Source: Azolla caroliniana
Taxonomy: Eukaryota > Plantae > Polypodiophyta
NCBI GenBank assembly: GCA_043228905.1
Contig: JBHGNT010000002.1
Location: 12,462,001-12,526,000, forward strand
Reading direction: 5' to 3'
Length of the DNA stretch: 64,000 nt
Shown here: positions 13,367-25,200 of the stretch, piece by piece
How positions within the stretch are numbered: the stretch's first letter is position 1
Layout of the letters: each line of letters starts with the position of its first letter
The notes under the pieces: generated by a model
The model's input: only the letters and a program-made list of their open reading frames with translations
What the model was told of the DNA's origin: nothing
Database searches by the model: none
Made by a program: the position numbers and the translations under genes

Positions 13367-16300
13367 CATGCAAGGTTCTCGATGCCATGGCAACGAGATC
13401 TCAAAGCTTGAGCTACCGAGTACCCTTGGTCCATACTATGAAAGACAACTATTCACCACAAGGATGCGGTCGTTAGCTCAGCGAAATCCTTGACCATCTT
13501 CTCCAATTGTTTAAACCTAAACGGTTCATCGTCGTATGATGACCCAGCCATTCGAAATCCGTAAGGAATATCCGCAATCATTAGCGTATATTCCTTCTTT
13601 GGCACCTTCTGGATCAAGTCGATGACATCACCGCAAACCACATTGTAGTAAAGATCTCTTGTAATATCTTTTTTGTGGCTAAATTTTTTAAAGGAGCCAT
13701 CTTCCTCCATTTTGTACGCCTTGACTAAGCGACGATCCTTTTCTTTTCTGGCTCGTTCGAGATGTGCAAGGAAGGATGTAGGGAAATCGTGTATATCCTT
13801 AACTTCTCCTTGTTTCTTGCCTCGACACGGTTTCTAATAGAAGCAATAGGACATCAGGTATTATTATACAAGCTCTACATATGATGAAAGGGTAATAAAA
13901 AAACATGAATACTAACCCAATCCTTGAATGCAATAAAATACTCTGATAACGCCTTATACGAAGACGTTAGAGGATAATCCTCGGTCACTTGTTCCCAAGT
14001 TATACATCCAAGTTGTTTCATCATAACTTCTTGGATCTTCATGTACACCTTATGACTGTAAAATTAGAAATCAAGATTAGAACTTTGAATTACACTAGAT
14101 AGACTACAATTTCAGTATTTGAGGGACTTACTTATTGAACTCAGTGACCATTTCTTCAAGGCTTAAATCTTTCGCCACAACCCTTGACAAAACCGACACA
14201 AGAAGTTGCTCGTCCTTAATACCTTGCATCGCTCTCCATAGAGACAGCTTCATGTCATCTGCCGCTTCTTCAATTGTCAAGTCAATTTTCTTGGTGGCTT
14301 GTGACTTTAACTCTAGTTGAGGGTCAACCCTACATTTCTTTTGTCGTTGACCCTTTACCTCCTTATTCTCCCACATTGAGAAGATTTGATCTTGTAGGTC
14401 CCATACTTCTCCATCTCTAAACGCCAATTGAAACCAAGACTCATACTTTCGAAGACCATCGGACCTAACATTATCATCTACCACAATGCCGACTTCATGC
14501 AGACATTGACGTCGAAGGCCTGGATGTAACTTCACACCAAACTTTTGTTTCACATCTAAATACTCGTGGTGGAAGAACCGTATACGCTCAATGGACGACA
14601 TTTTCTGCCTATAGTCATTATCATTATTATGGTCCCATGCCAACAGCTTAGCCTCTTCGGTTGTGAGCCCAACATAAATTTTGCACTCGGCATACTTGAA
14701 GAAGAAAGTGGTTGGATGTTCTCTCACAAGTTGCCGACGTGCCTCTGCTGAATGCGACCACCAATGACAAAATAATTATATTGATCATGTTTTCTAATAT
14801 CAAAATCTTCAATGGTTTCACATTCTTCAGGATCTACCATAACAATAAAAGGCACCACAGTGGCATGAGGATTAATTTTCATTTTTTTCTTGAGATTTTG
14901 AACATGCATGCGGTGAGGCTCTCTAATCTCAAGTGGTCTTCGACCTGTTTTTTCATCAATAAGGGGCCGATGGATGTGTGTTATAGGTAAATTAAATACT
15001 TGCCCTTTCCTGACCAGCTTCCGTTGCATTAACTCTCTCCTTATTTTATTTTGCTCGGATGACAAAACACCCAAGGCCAGCTCAGCTCTTGGCGTCCCCT
15101 TATTATCCTCCTCTTCGTTTTCACTTGTTGAATCCGTATCCGACATTTTCGTTGTCTTCTTCTTTGCTGGTCTTGACTGGACTTTGGAAACCTTTTTTGT
15201 TGGCTTCAATGGGGAGGGCACTTCATCTCTTAGAGTTACATGGCCTTGTATATAAGGCCTCAAGGTAACAATAAGGTTTTGTGAGCTATCAAGTGCTTTT
15301 TTGAACACTTCTGGCCCACAAGATTCTTTTACTAAAAGGTCTTCTGAAAGGAACACTTTACGTACCCCCTTGGAGCACTCTATCATTACCAGTATGTTGG
15401 CCGAATCTGCATCTTCGTAGTCAAATCATAGAATACGGCCATACATAAATGGGGTTTCCTTTCCAAGTTGCCCCTCACCCTTCTTCTTTGCTGTATACAA
15501 TACGACTTTTTTCTTTGAGTCGACATATTGCATACACCATTCCTTGTCCGTTAGATCTCGGTCAGGAAGGTCTTCACCTCCAGTAGCGGCGACAAGTTTC
15601 TTTTGGCTAACATCACTATGTGGCTAAGATTTTGTCTCTTCGTTAAAGAGAAGCTTTTTTCCTCTCTTCATGGTCTCAGGAGCTACCTTGGTCTGGGCTT
15701 CGATTGGAGAACCTTGTATGCGAAGCTTTATTTTCTTCACCGGTCGGTCCGACAGGTTTTCAAACGACCTATTTAAGAAAGTATATGCAAAAACATAAGT
15801 TAGGTAGTCACGTAGATTAAGGTTGTATATTAACATGAAGAACAGTTCCCAGGAGCAGTCCTATATTCAAAAATCTATTATAGGCAGGGCTATTCAACCT
15901 AGAAAATATATATCGTAATAAGTAAAAAGGCTTATATATTCTTTTAAATAGTAGGTATGACTTATATAGATTCCAAACCTATATTGACGAGAATTTGCTA
16001 TCGTAAAGGCAATTTGTGGATCATTTTCTACTATTTTAAGCTAAATTAGGTCATAAAACACCTATAATTAGAGCATGTTTTTTTTTAAAAGTAAGGAAAG
16101 CCAACATAAAAAGACTGATTTTGCCAGACAATTTGATAACTTTTCCATCCCAAAATTATTTGTTACCCCAAAAATACAATTTTTCTCTCTCAAAGCCTTC
16201 TTATATACAGGAACTCGATACGGCATATCGAGTTCCTGTTTAAAACCTACACTTTAAACAGGAACTCGATACGGCGTATCGAGTTCGTATTTAAAACCTA

Positions 16301-16909
16301 CACTTTAAACAGGAACTCGATACGCCGTATCGAGTTCCTGTTTAAAACCTACACATTAAACAGGAACTCGATACGACGTATCGAGTTCGTGTTTAAAGTG
16401 TAGGTTTTAAACACGAACTCGATACGCCGTATCGAGTTTGTGTTTAAAGTGTAGCGTATCGAGTTTGTGTTTAAAACCTAAACTTTAAACACGAACTCGA
16501 TACGGCGTATCGAGTTCCTGTTTAAAACCTACACATTAAACAGGAACTCGATACGGCGTATCGAATTCCTGTCTAAAACCTACACTTTAAACATGAACTC
16601 GATACGACGTATTGAGTTCCTGTTTAAAACCTACACTTTAAACAGGAACTCGATACGCCGTATCGAGTTCCTGTTTAAAGTGTAGGTTTTAAACAGGAAC
16701 TCGATACGGTGTATCGAGTTCATGTATAAAAAGCAAAATTAAATTATGAACTCGATACGCCGTATCGAGTTCATGTATAAATATTTGTATTGTATACATG
16801 AACTCGATACGGCGTATCGAGTTCTTGAGAAACGAAACATATTTACAAAAATGTCCACAGTGTCAGAGGCCTACCTGGAGTCCTCGCGCTCGATTCTCTT
16901 TGAAGACAT
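13367..16909 (-). pseudogene. Spliced gene for a ParB/Srx-like domain fused to a beta-class N6A/N4C DNA methyltransferase (3' end missing; stops and frameshifts)
   Basis: In-frame GT-AG exons 16909-16875, 15768-14132, 14055-13917, 13833-13367. ParB-like segment: IREPHRMHVQNLKKKM..PFIVMV..YFVIGG..KIYVGLTTEEAKLLAWDHN. MTase N-half: VVCGDVIDLIQKVPKKEYTLMIADIPYG...IVVFH...ENLAW. TATA-like CTATAAATAG at ~17042-17052. Confidence 0.8.
16205..16826. repeat. Array of ~12.5 palindromes GAACTCGATACG-N-CGTATCGAGTTC with 51-bp period
   Basis: Cores start near 16210, 16261, 16312, 16363, 16414, 16492, 16543, 16594, 16645, 16696, 16747 and 16799; lies in intron 1 of the ParB-MTase gene. Confidence 0.95.
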
Positions 16910-17752
16910 GTTTGATCGTGTGGAAGTGGAGGCGGAGATCGCGCTTTCGTGCTTTGTGCTCTGTGTGCTTTGTGTGCTCTCTACGTTCTGTGTGCTCTGT
17001 ACGCTCTGTACGCTCTGGTGAGTGAAATATGACGAGGTCTTCCTATTTATAGGGATTGAACACATTGGTTAAAGTAACCATAGTCACCTTAACCAAGGTT
17101 GGTAACTTTGAGGATAGTTAGTTGGTAACCATAGTCACATTAACTAGAGAAACTTATGATTGTATTAATGATTACAAAGTCAAACTACCATATTGATCAA
17201 TCTTTTATAGTCATAACAACCTACAATGACTTCAAAGGTTATGAATGAGACAATGATAGAGGTTCATGAATGTACCAATGATTGATTACTAAAACCAACA
17301 ATTTTTATGACTCTCAAATGTTGTGTATTAAAGATGTGGGCATAAATTAACCAATGATTGATAAGTCTAATATTTAAAATGGTGAGCATTAAAGAACCAA
17401 TGAGTGAGTCGTTCTATATCAAAATGGGTGCCATTAATTAGCCAATGATTTTAACATTAATCCAACATATTCATGGCTTGTTAATGATTAGTTTTATATT
17501 TTACTTGATTTAACTTTATATAGATCTAGTTTATATAATAATTGATATTTTAAGTACAATTACTTTATTAAAAATAATTTTTTGATGTATTGTATTAATA
17601 GAATATTACATAATATAGACATTCTATTGATTTGGCTTTTGTTTAGAGAGAAGTTTATGTTTAGAGAGGAGTATATGTTTAGAGAGGAGCTTATTAGTTT
17701 TTTTCTTTCCCCTAAGCCCATAACTTAGAGAGCCCTATCTAGACCTTAAGCC

Positions 17753-20533
17753 ATGAGTGAAGATTCACCGTTCTCGATTGAAGAATATTGTTTGTCATCA
17801 GACCCATCGTTTTCTACTGAAGAGTATTGTTTGTCATCAGAGTCACCACATTCGATTGAAGAATATTGTCTGTCGACCGACTCGCCATATTCTATCGAAG
17901 AATATTGTCTGAGCTCATCTACAGGGAATGTAAATAATGACACATGTGAAGAGTTCTCTATTGAAGAATACGATATTAATAAAGATACCAAGAATGAAGG
18001 AAGTGCCCAGGAAACATTGAATAACATTGGCGATGGTCACAACAAAGAATTAGACTGTAACAAGGTTACACCAACCTCTATGCAGGAAGAGAAATCTGGG
18101 AGCCCTATGCATATTAGAAGAATCCCACGAAGAATTCGTCTAGCTAGATTTAGCTTGGTGACATCAGATAAATGGATTGGATTTGATGTCAACAAAATAT
18201 GTTGTGCCCGTGGTTGTATGTCTATGATTGGAAAATCAAAGTTGCGAGAATTAAGGCGATACTATTTTCCGATGACCGGTGATGAGCAAGACACTTACCT
18301 CGGGTCACATATGCAACTAGTATCTGACAAATGTACGGGGATCAAAGTATCATTCGAGTATTATATCTTCCATGCGCAACAGATATGTAGAGTTGCATTC
18401 AAAATTGCGTTATGTGTTAGTAACATGCGGCTACATAGAGTACAACAACGTCTACTTAGCGGGGATCAGATTCTCAATTGTAAAGAGGTTCCAAGTATGA
18501 AAGGTGCAATTGGAAGACTAGCTATTGGCTGGATGAAAACTTACTTTCAGTTAAATTGTGAAGTAATGCCCACTACAGGTAGGATGCATCTTTCTGATAA
18601 TTATACACGTCGGGAAGTTTATGATGTCTATCGATCTGATATGCTGGGCTCACGTAATAAGTCGATCACATATAGCCAATTCACAAGATTATGGAGAGCT
18701 CGGTTTTCAAATGTTATTATTCCTCGTAAAGTACGTATGGGGTATTGCTCCATTTGTGCAAATCTTAAAAGTTTGGCTAAAGGTGCAAAGACATCAATGG
18801 AAAAGGATACGAGTAAGAAGTTACTACAAGAGCATCGTGAGGCACAATCCTTAGAACGAAGGAAGGCGATGCATCATAGAGAGAAGTGTTTGAAGAGGCC
18901 CGAACAATACATGTGCTTAATGATAGATGGCATGGACCAGAAGAAGACATGCTTGCTGCATATGCGGAGGCTCCCCAAAGATGTCAATGATGAGTGCCTT
19001 GTTCAAATGCACTTGGTGGGATGCTTGGGTTATAATAGGTCTGTTCGACCTCACGTCTTCATTACTTACCCCAATGTTCACAATGACCCTAACCTAACAG
19101 TTACAGTGATTCACCGAGTTTTGATGTCTTGGGGACAACCTTTCCCCCCTGTTCTATACATTCAATTGGACAATACTGCTAGAGAGAACAAAAATTCAAC
19201 TGTATTTGGCTATCTAAGTATGTTGGTCAACCTAGAATTGTTTAGGAAAGTGAAATTCAATTTCCTTTTGGTTGGCCACACACATGACCATATAGATCAT
19301 ATGTTTAGCACATTCTCCAGACAGTTGTCTCGGCATGATGCTTTCACTTTACCTAAACTATTTGATGTCATTTGTGATGCTTATACACCACGCCCAAAAG
19401 TGTTACACTTGAAGGAGGTATATGACTTTAAGAGATATATATTAGATGGGGGTGGTGGGAATGTTAAAGTGCTTGCTCAATTAAACAATATAAGTTTCAA
19501 TCACATTTTTTTGATAAAGAAAAATGGAATAAGTGGTTCTACACTTTTGTATGCCAAACAATATTCATCTTCTACAACATGGGAACCTGAAGGTGGTTGC
19601 CAGTTATTACTTTGTATGCCGAGTACAATTGTCCATGGAGCTAAGCAAATGCCAATTGAGAAGAAAGGACAGTTGCAGAGCGACTTGGTATCAGAACAAA
19701 AACGGTCATGGCTCCAAGCCTTAGAAGAAAAAAGAAAGCATATTGAGGCCGCCAAGAAATATGCCGCACAACAAGACACGTCATGGTGGGATGTATTTTA
19801 TAGTGATCAGAAAGAAATTATAGACAATTGTGTATCTGTTGATAATTGGAATTTGGAAACGCCATTCACATGGTCGTTGCAACATGATTGCGTAAATAGA
19901 AGTCCGGAGCAACTAGTAAATGCGATTAATGACAGCTTGGTCCATCCACAACAAAGAGACATTTATGTGGGACCAAGGATGACCAAAGCAGCCGAAGCTA
20001 GATGGCAAGGAAATTTGCAAGAGCTCACCGCGGGGATGTTGATTGCAACGCCGGCTGATGAGAACTCACATGGCCACCAATTTTGGGTTGGTAAAATTCT
20101 AGAAGTGCTAATGCATGAAACAGAAAACACGATCAAGTCTATAAATGTTCATTGGTACAACACTAGAAGTGCAAATGCTTTTACAGGTAAGTATACATTG
20201 GAGATGATTGAATGCCAAACAAGAAGGGGAGGTAGGAAGAGGAAGCGAAACATTCGTAACACCTCGACCCTTGATATCTCTGATGTGGATATCATCGTGT
20301 ACGACTTCACACTTACAAAAGCCGGACGATTAAGGAAGTCAACAATAGATATAATAAAAGAAAAATTACCAGGTCTACAAGGTGGCTCGAGTCAAAGGCA
20401 AACGAGATCTGCTACATATAATCTAGAGTCAAACCATTTGGTTTATGACGAAGATAATGCACTGATTGGTACATCCGAGGATGATGATGAGGAATCGTCA
20501 TTGTATATTAGTTATAGTAGTGATTCTCCGTAA
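17753..20533 (+). CDS. Sola-like (DUF7869-type) DDD transposase, 926 aa, uninterrupted
   Basis: Motifs CSIC, IDGMDQKKT, IQLDNTARENKN and FLLVGHTHDHID; N-terminal 13-aa repeats (SPFSIEEYCLSS); C-terminal beta-rich segment FWVGKI...VHWY. Confidence 0.85.
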   Translation: MSEDSPFSIEEYCLSSDPSFSTEEYCLSSESPHSIEEYCLSTDSPYSIEEYCLSSSTGNVNNDTCEEFSIEEYDINKDTKNEGSAQETLNNIGDGHNKELDCNKVTPTSMQEEKSGSPMHIRRIPRRIRLARFSLVTSDKWIGFDVNKICCARGCMSMIGKSKLRELRRYYFPMTGDEQDTYLGSHMQLVSDKCTGIKVSFEYYIFHAQQICRVAFKIALCVSNMRLHRVQQRLLSGDQILNCKEVPSMKGAIGRLAIGWMKTYFQLNCEVMPTTGRMHLSDNYTRREVYDVYRSDMLGSRNKSITYSQFTRLWRARFSNVIIPRKVRMGYCSICANLKSLAKGAKTSMEKDTSKKLLQEHREAQSLERRKAMHHREKCLKRPEQYMCLMIDGMDQKKTCLLHMRRLPKDVNDECLVQMHLVGCLGYNRSVRPHVFITYPNVHNDPNLTVTVIHRVLMSWGQPFPPVLYIQLDNTARENKNSTVFGYLSMLVNLELFRKVKFNFLLVGHTHDHIDHMFSTFSRQLSRHDAFTLPKLFDVICDAYTPRPKVLHLKEVYDFKRYILDGGGGNVKVLAQLNNISFNHIFLIKKNGISGSTLLYAKQYSSSTTWEPEGGCQLLLCMPSTIVHGAKQMPIEKKGQLQSDLVSEQKRSWLQALEEKRKHIEAAKKYAAQQDTSWWDVFYSDQKEIIDNCVSVDNWNLETPFTWSLQHDCVNRSPEQLVNAINDSLVHPQQRDIYVGPRMTKAAEARWQGNLQELTAGMLIATPADENSHGHQFWVGKILEVLMHETENTIKSINVHWYNTRSANAFTGKYTLEMIECQTRRGGRKRKRNIRNTSTLDISDVDIIVYDFTLTKAGRLRKSTIDIIKEKLPGLQGGSSQRQTRSATYNLESNHLVYDEDNALIGTSEDDDEESSLYISYSSDSP

Positions 20534-20888
20534 AGGAGTGATCATGAATGTATATTTGGCTATTAAGTGTAACTACATTCCGCTTGTAACAAATCGAGTA
20601 ATATAAAATCATGTGTTTTGAATTCTTATGATTTCTAAAAAATTGTTTCTTATAAAATAACATTGGTTGTGAAGTTTGTGATATAAATTGAGAATGTATC
20701 TTTTGAAATTCGTCTTTTTTTAGTTACTTCTAAATCACGAAAATAGTGGATTTTTAACCTTTTTCATAGTATGTTTGAACATGTATGATACTGGTATCAA
20801 TGTGTTTTGTAAAATCATTGAAAAACCCCTAAAATTTCCCTTATCCTTCCATTTATGCGCGATCCTTCCACTTGTGAACGCGAACGTG

Positions 20889-22227
20889 TTAAAAGAAACT
20901 GCTAACCATGGTACCAATCTTGCAACCACCCGATTGGGCAAAGGACTTTCATTTTTTTGTGGATGCCTCATATATAGCTATCAAAAGTGCCTAAATGCAA
21001 TTCTTAGAGCCTAACTTGTATAAACTAGTGTATTATGCAAGTCGGAAATTGTCGATTGCCAAGTGGAACTATTCGACAACAGAAAGGGAGACTCTCAGCA
21101 TGATATACAGTGTGAACAAGTTTCGACATTACCTATTAGGTCAGAAATTTACTTTCCATGTCGATCATTCTGCTTTACTATACTTATTGTCGAAACAATC
21201 GTTAACCAGCAAGCTGGCAAGATGGACACTTCTGTTACAGGAATTTGAATTCGACAAGAGTGCAACACACAGTAGCCGACTACTTAAGTAGATTGGAGTC
21301 AGGAGAACTAAGTACAGGAGTTCGGGATGATTTTCCGGATGCACAACTGTTCCAAATTGAAGCTGAGAATTCGACAGAAGTCTATGAGGAAGTAGTTGTT
21401 GACCTATGGATTACGGAGATGGTAGTATTTCTCAGTACAGGATTGCCACTAGAGGGCATGGCACTAGACGAGCACAAAAGATTAGCAGTTCGGATTCAGA
21501 ATTTCTGTTTACTCAAGGAAACGTTGTATCATAAAGGAGCCGATGGTATATGGCGAGGCGCGGTTCGGCAATTTGAGGCGGAAGCAGAATCGACCCGGAG
21601 GCCTGAAGAAGAGTTTCACACGGACACACAACCACATCCATCCGAAGCCAAAGTTCAAGCAGAAAGGAGTTGAATTTGTTCGACATACTAAATGAGGATG
21701 TGAGTGGAAGTGACGATGACGACCCGATCGACGATGCAAAAGAGGAAGACCAGGAGTAAAGGGTGGGGTTCGACCGTGCAAGGCATTGTCCCACAGGGGT
21801 GCCATGTGTTAGCCGGTCGGCTAGCAAGGGACAAAGGTCAACAAGTCGGAGTTAGAGTCGAGGCCGAGCAGTATGAAAGGACAAATTTCAAAATGTAATT
21901 TTAGCCGAGTATAAAAAATATAGTAATTCAGGTAATTTTAGCTTAGTATAAATCGTAATGACTAATCTCCATGCAACTATTCTCTTAGTGTAGAATTAGT
22001 ATTGATTAACCCATCTCTCCACCATAATCTTCTTGACAAAACATTCAGAGTTGAACGTCCGATCTATTGCGTGTGTCGGTTACAGTTGTTGGCCGTCAGT
22101 AGGTTAACAATTACAGTGTCTATGTGTGTAACAAACATTCTAGAAATACCGAAGTATCTGGTATGGAGACTAACCTCTTATTAGTTCAGCAAAGTAGACC
22201 TACTCCAATCTCCGACCATAGTCCCAT
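20889..22227 (+). mobile_element. Degenerate gypsy RNase H and partial integrase plus 3' region
   Basis: PILQPPDW..FHFFVDAS, YYASRKL..NYSTTERE, VDHSAL, ARWTLLLQEF, VADYLSR; integrase core deleted at ~21575. Confidence 0.85.
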
Positions 22228-25200
22228 TGTTGAGATACAAGCCCAACATTGGCCGGATCGGTTGTGCAAGCCAAGAACCGGATCGGTTGGGACCGATCGG
22301 TTAGGCCGGACCGGTACGTAAACAAGTGCGTAATGAGAAGCCGTAGAGGTGCGTAAACCACGAGGCCATTGGAAAGATATTCCGCATAGGAATATATTTT
22401 GGGAGTTAGTGTAGAGCCCAGTTATGAGCATTGAAGTACGTGTTAGTACTTCTATAAGTCTGTATGGACTTGTATAAAAGTGCTCACTAAGCACATCCTA
22501 TGTACAGATTGAGTATTATTTTGTTTTGGATTTTCTGCGTGTCTTCTCTCTCTCTCAGTCTCTCCCGCATACTATATGTATATTCAAGCTCTCCATTAAA
22601 CCTGCATATTTTCTGTGTTCGGTTTTCTACTTGCTTCCGCATGTTATTCTTTACATGGTATCAGAGCGCGAGGGTTGAGAACCTCTACAGCCGACATAGC
22701 TTGAAAGGAAAACCGCCCAAGAAGAACAAGTAAAACCAACGGATAGAGGCATGGCTGGCTCAATTTCGACGGAGAAGCTCAACAGAAAAAACTATGCGTC
22801 TTGGTCCTACAAGATGCACCAGTACGTGCTCGGGCATAGTTCTGGAGCTATGTCGACGGAGCTAATGACACAACACCCAAATCGACACACAAAGATTTCC
22901 CGGCATGGGAATAGTCGGCGAGCAGAGTAATGTACTGCTTCGTGTCTTGTGTGGGCGAACAACTCCTACGCTACATTCGGGATGCAAAAACGCCGAAAGA
23001 TGCTTGGGGAAATTTGAAGAAGATTTTCGCCGCAAGCAACACAACCAAGAAGCTTCAACTCCGATAGGATCTGAGCAACTTACAACAACATGACTTTTCA
23101 GTGGCTGATTACACCTCAAAGATCAAAGATATATGCGACTCCTTAGCCTCCATCGATGTGAACGTCGAGGAAGGTAAGATGGTGCAGATCTGTCTCGGGG
23201 GACTGGCGTCGAAGTTCAGAGCGTTCTGAATTGCTCTGTGTACACGGGAGAATACACCGTCATTTTTCGACCTATAGTCGATGCTCCTTATAGAGGAGAA
23301 CCACGTGGGTGCATTGGTCAGCACGCATGCCGACAACAAGATGTTGTTGTACACACAGAGAGATAGGCCCCGTGGTCGTGGTGGACAAGGCGAGTCGGTG
23401 CGCAATGGAGGTGGCCGATGGGGTCAAGGAAGAAGGCACCGAAGTGATGCCGACAACAATTTCAGACCCTTTGGAAATAGGGGGAGTCGAGGCGACAAGA
23501 ACCGACATGGGAAATCCGTCGCGGAATGCTGGTACTCTCGCAAGAAAGGCCACAAGGAGAGAGAGAGTGCTGGAAGAAGCACGTCAATTTGGAGAGGACC
23601 AGATCTGGATCAAGTTCTGGACAAACCGATAAGGGTAATTGGCAGTGATCGCACTACGCCGAAGGATCCAGAAAAGCTAAAAAAGGGTTAGCCTTCGTGA
23701 CGAGACACAAAGCGAACTCGATGAAGAAGTCCACCCCGAAATCGAACGAGGTGTGGTATGCCGACTCTGGCGCATCAAACCACATGACGTGCCACAAGGA
23801 GTGGTTCTCATACCTTGAGAAACCGATGCAACCGGGAGTAGTCGCAACCAGAGATGACACTCTGCATCCAATCACGAATATTGGTGAAGTTCCCTTGAGC
23901 CATGTTGGGCAAAAAGGGAAACTCATGAATGTGTTACACGTTCCAATAATCACAAAGAACTTGGTGTCGATCAAACAAATCGTCGACCAGGAGATGCAGG
24001 TTCGGTTCACACATCTCGGGTGCTTCATCGAGGAAGAAGGCCGAGTTATTGCGCAAGGGAACAGAGACGGGAGGATGTTTATCCTCGACTCTAGTGACGG
24101 TGGCACCTCAATGTTCGCGAAAGGACAAAAAGTCGAGTCAGTTATCGACTAATGGCACAAGCGGATAGGCCACGTCAATTATCAACGGCTTCAGGACCTG
24201 CAATTGAAACAAGTTGTCTTCGGATTGCCCAAATTTAGTGGCCGGAAGGCACAAATTTGTGAAGCCTGCCAGCTAGGGAAGCAACACTGACTTCCTTTCT
24301 CTAACGAGCATAACCGGAGCCATAGCATCCGGAACGGGGTTATGAAGTTCAGCAAAGGGAGCCTGATTGTGGCTTGGGGCCGGAAGGTAAACACGTTGTA
24401 CTTGATGAATGCCCGGTTATGTCTGGAGGAAGTCAACACCAACCGGATGCAAGTTGCTGCTGAGGGATGTCTGACACGTTCCGGAGGTTCGTTTGAACCT
24501 GATATCAGCCGGTCGGCTAGATGATGAAGGCTACACGGGTAGCATCCGGAACGGTGTCATGAAGTTCAGCAAAGCGAGCCTGATTGTGGCTCGGGCCCGG
24601 AAGGTCAACACACTGTACCTGATGAATGCCCGGTTATGTCTGGAGGAAGTGAACGTGGCATTCGACACTGTCGGTGAGCTGTGGCACAAAAGGCTGTGTC
24701 ACATGAGCAAGAAGGGGATGAAGAGGCTTGCAGACGACAACCTCATTCCAGTGAAGAACGTGCACTTGGAGAAGTGCACTGATTGTCTGGCCGGTAAACA
24801 AAACCGGACCTCCTTCCGATCGAGGCAACCAATGAGACGTAATGCACCACTAGAGTTGGTGCATACTGATGTATGTCAAGTGGACACGAAGTCACATGCC
24901 GGATTGCAGTACTTCGTGAAGTTCATAGATGACCACAACCGGAAGCTGTGGGCCACACTGTTGAAGACGAAGGATCAAGTGCTATCCGTCTTCAAAGAGC
25001 TCCACGCGAGAGTGGAAAGAGAAACCGGCTGGAAGCTGAAGGCGGTTCGAGCAGATAACGGAGGTGAAACCGGGGGCAGTTCGAGGAGTACTGTCGCTCG
25101 AAGGGAATCCGACTCGAATTTACCGTGCCGAAGATGCGGGAACTAAACGGGTTGGCCGAGAGGATGAACCGGACCATAATGGAGAGGGTCCGGAGTATGC

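Larger units (their letters stand above)
13201..20888. mobile_element. Left-truncated Sola-like DDD DNA transposon carrying a ParB-methyltransferase gene
   Basis: Divergent transposase and cargo genes; right boundary ...CGAACGTG|TTAA where gypsy RNase H sequence (PILQPPDW) resumes; left end not found. Confidence 0.7.

Noticed and set aside
16205-16826. CRISPR array
   Set aside because: Spacers are mostly copies or inversions of one sequence, there are no cas genes, and the context is a eukaryotic intron
13367-16909. Bacterial contamination or prophage as the source of the methyltransferase
   Set aside because: The gene has in-frame spliceosomal introns, a TATA-like box and deamination-type stops, and is nested among plant LTR elements
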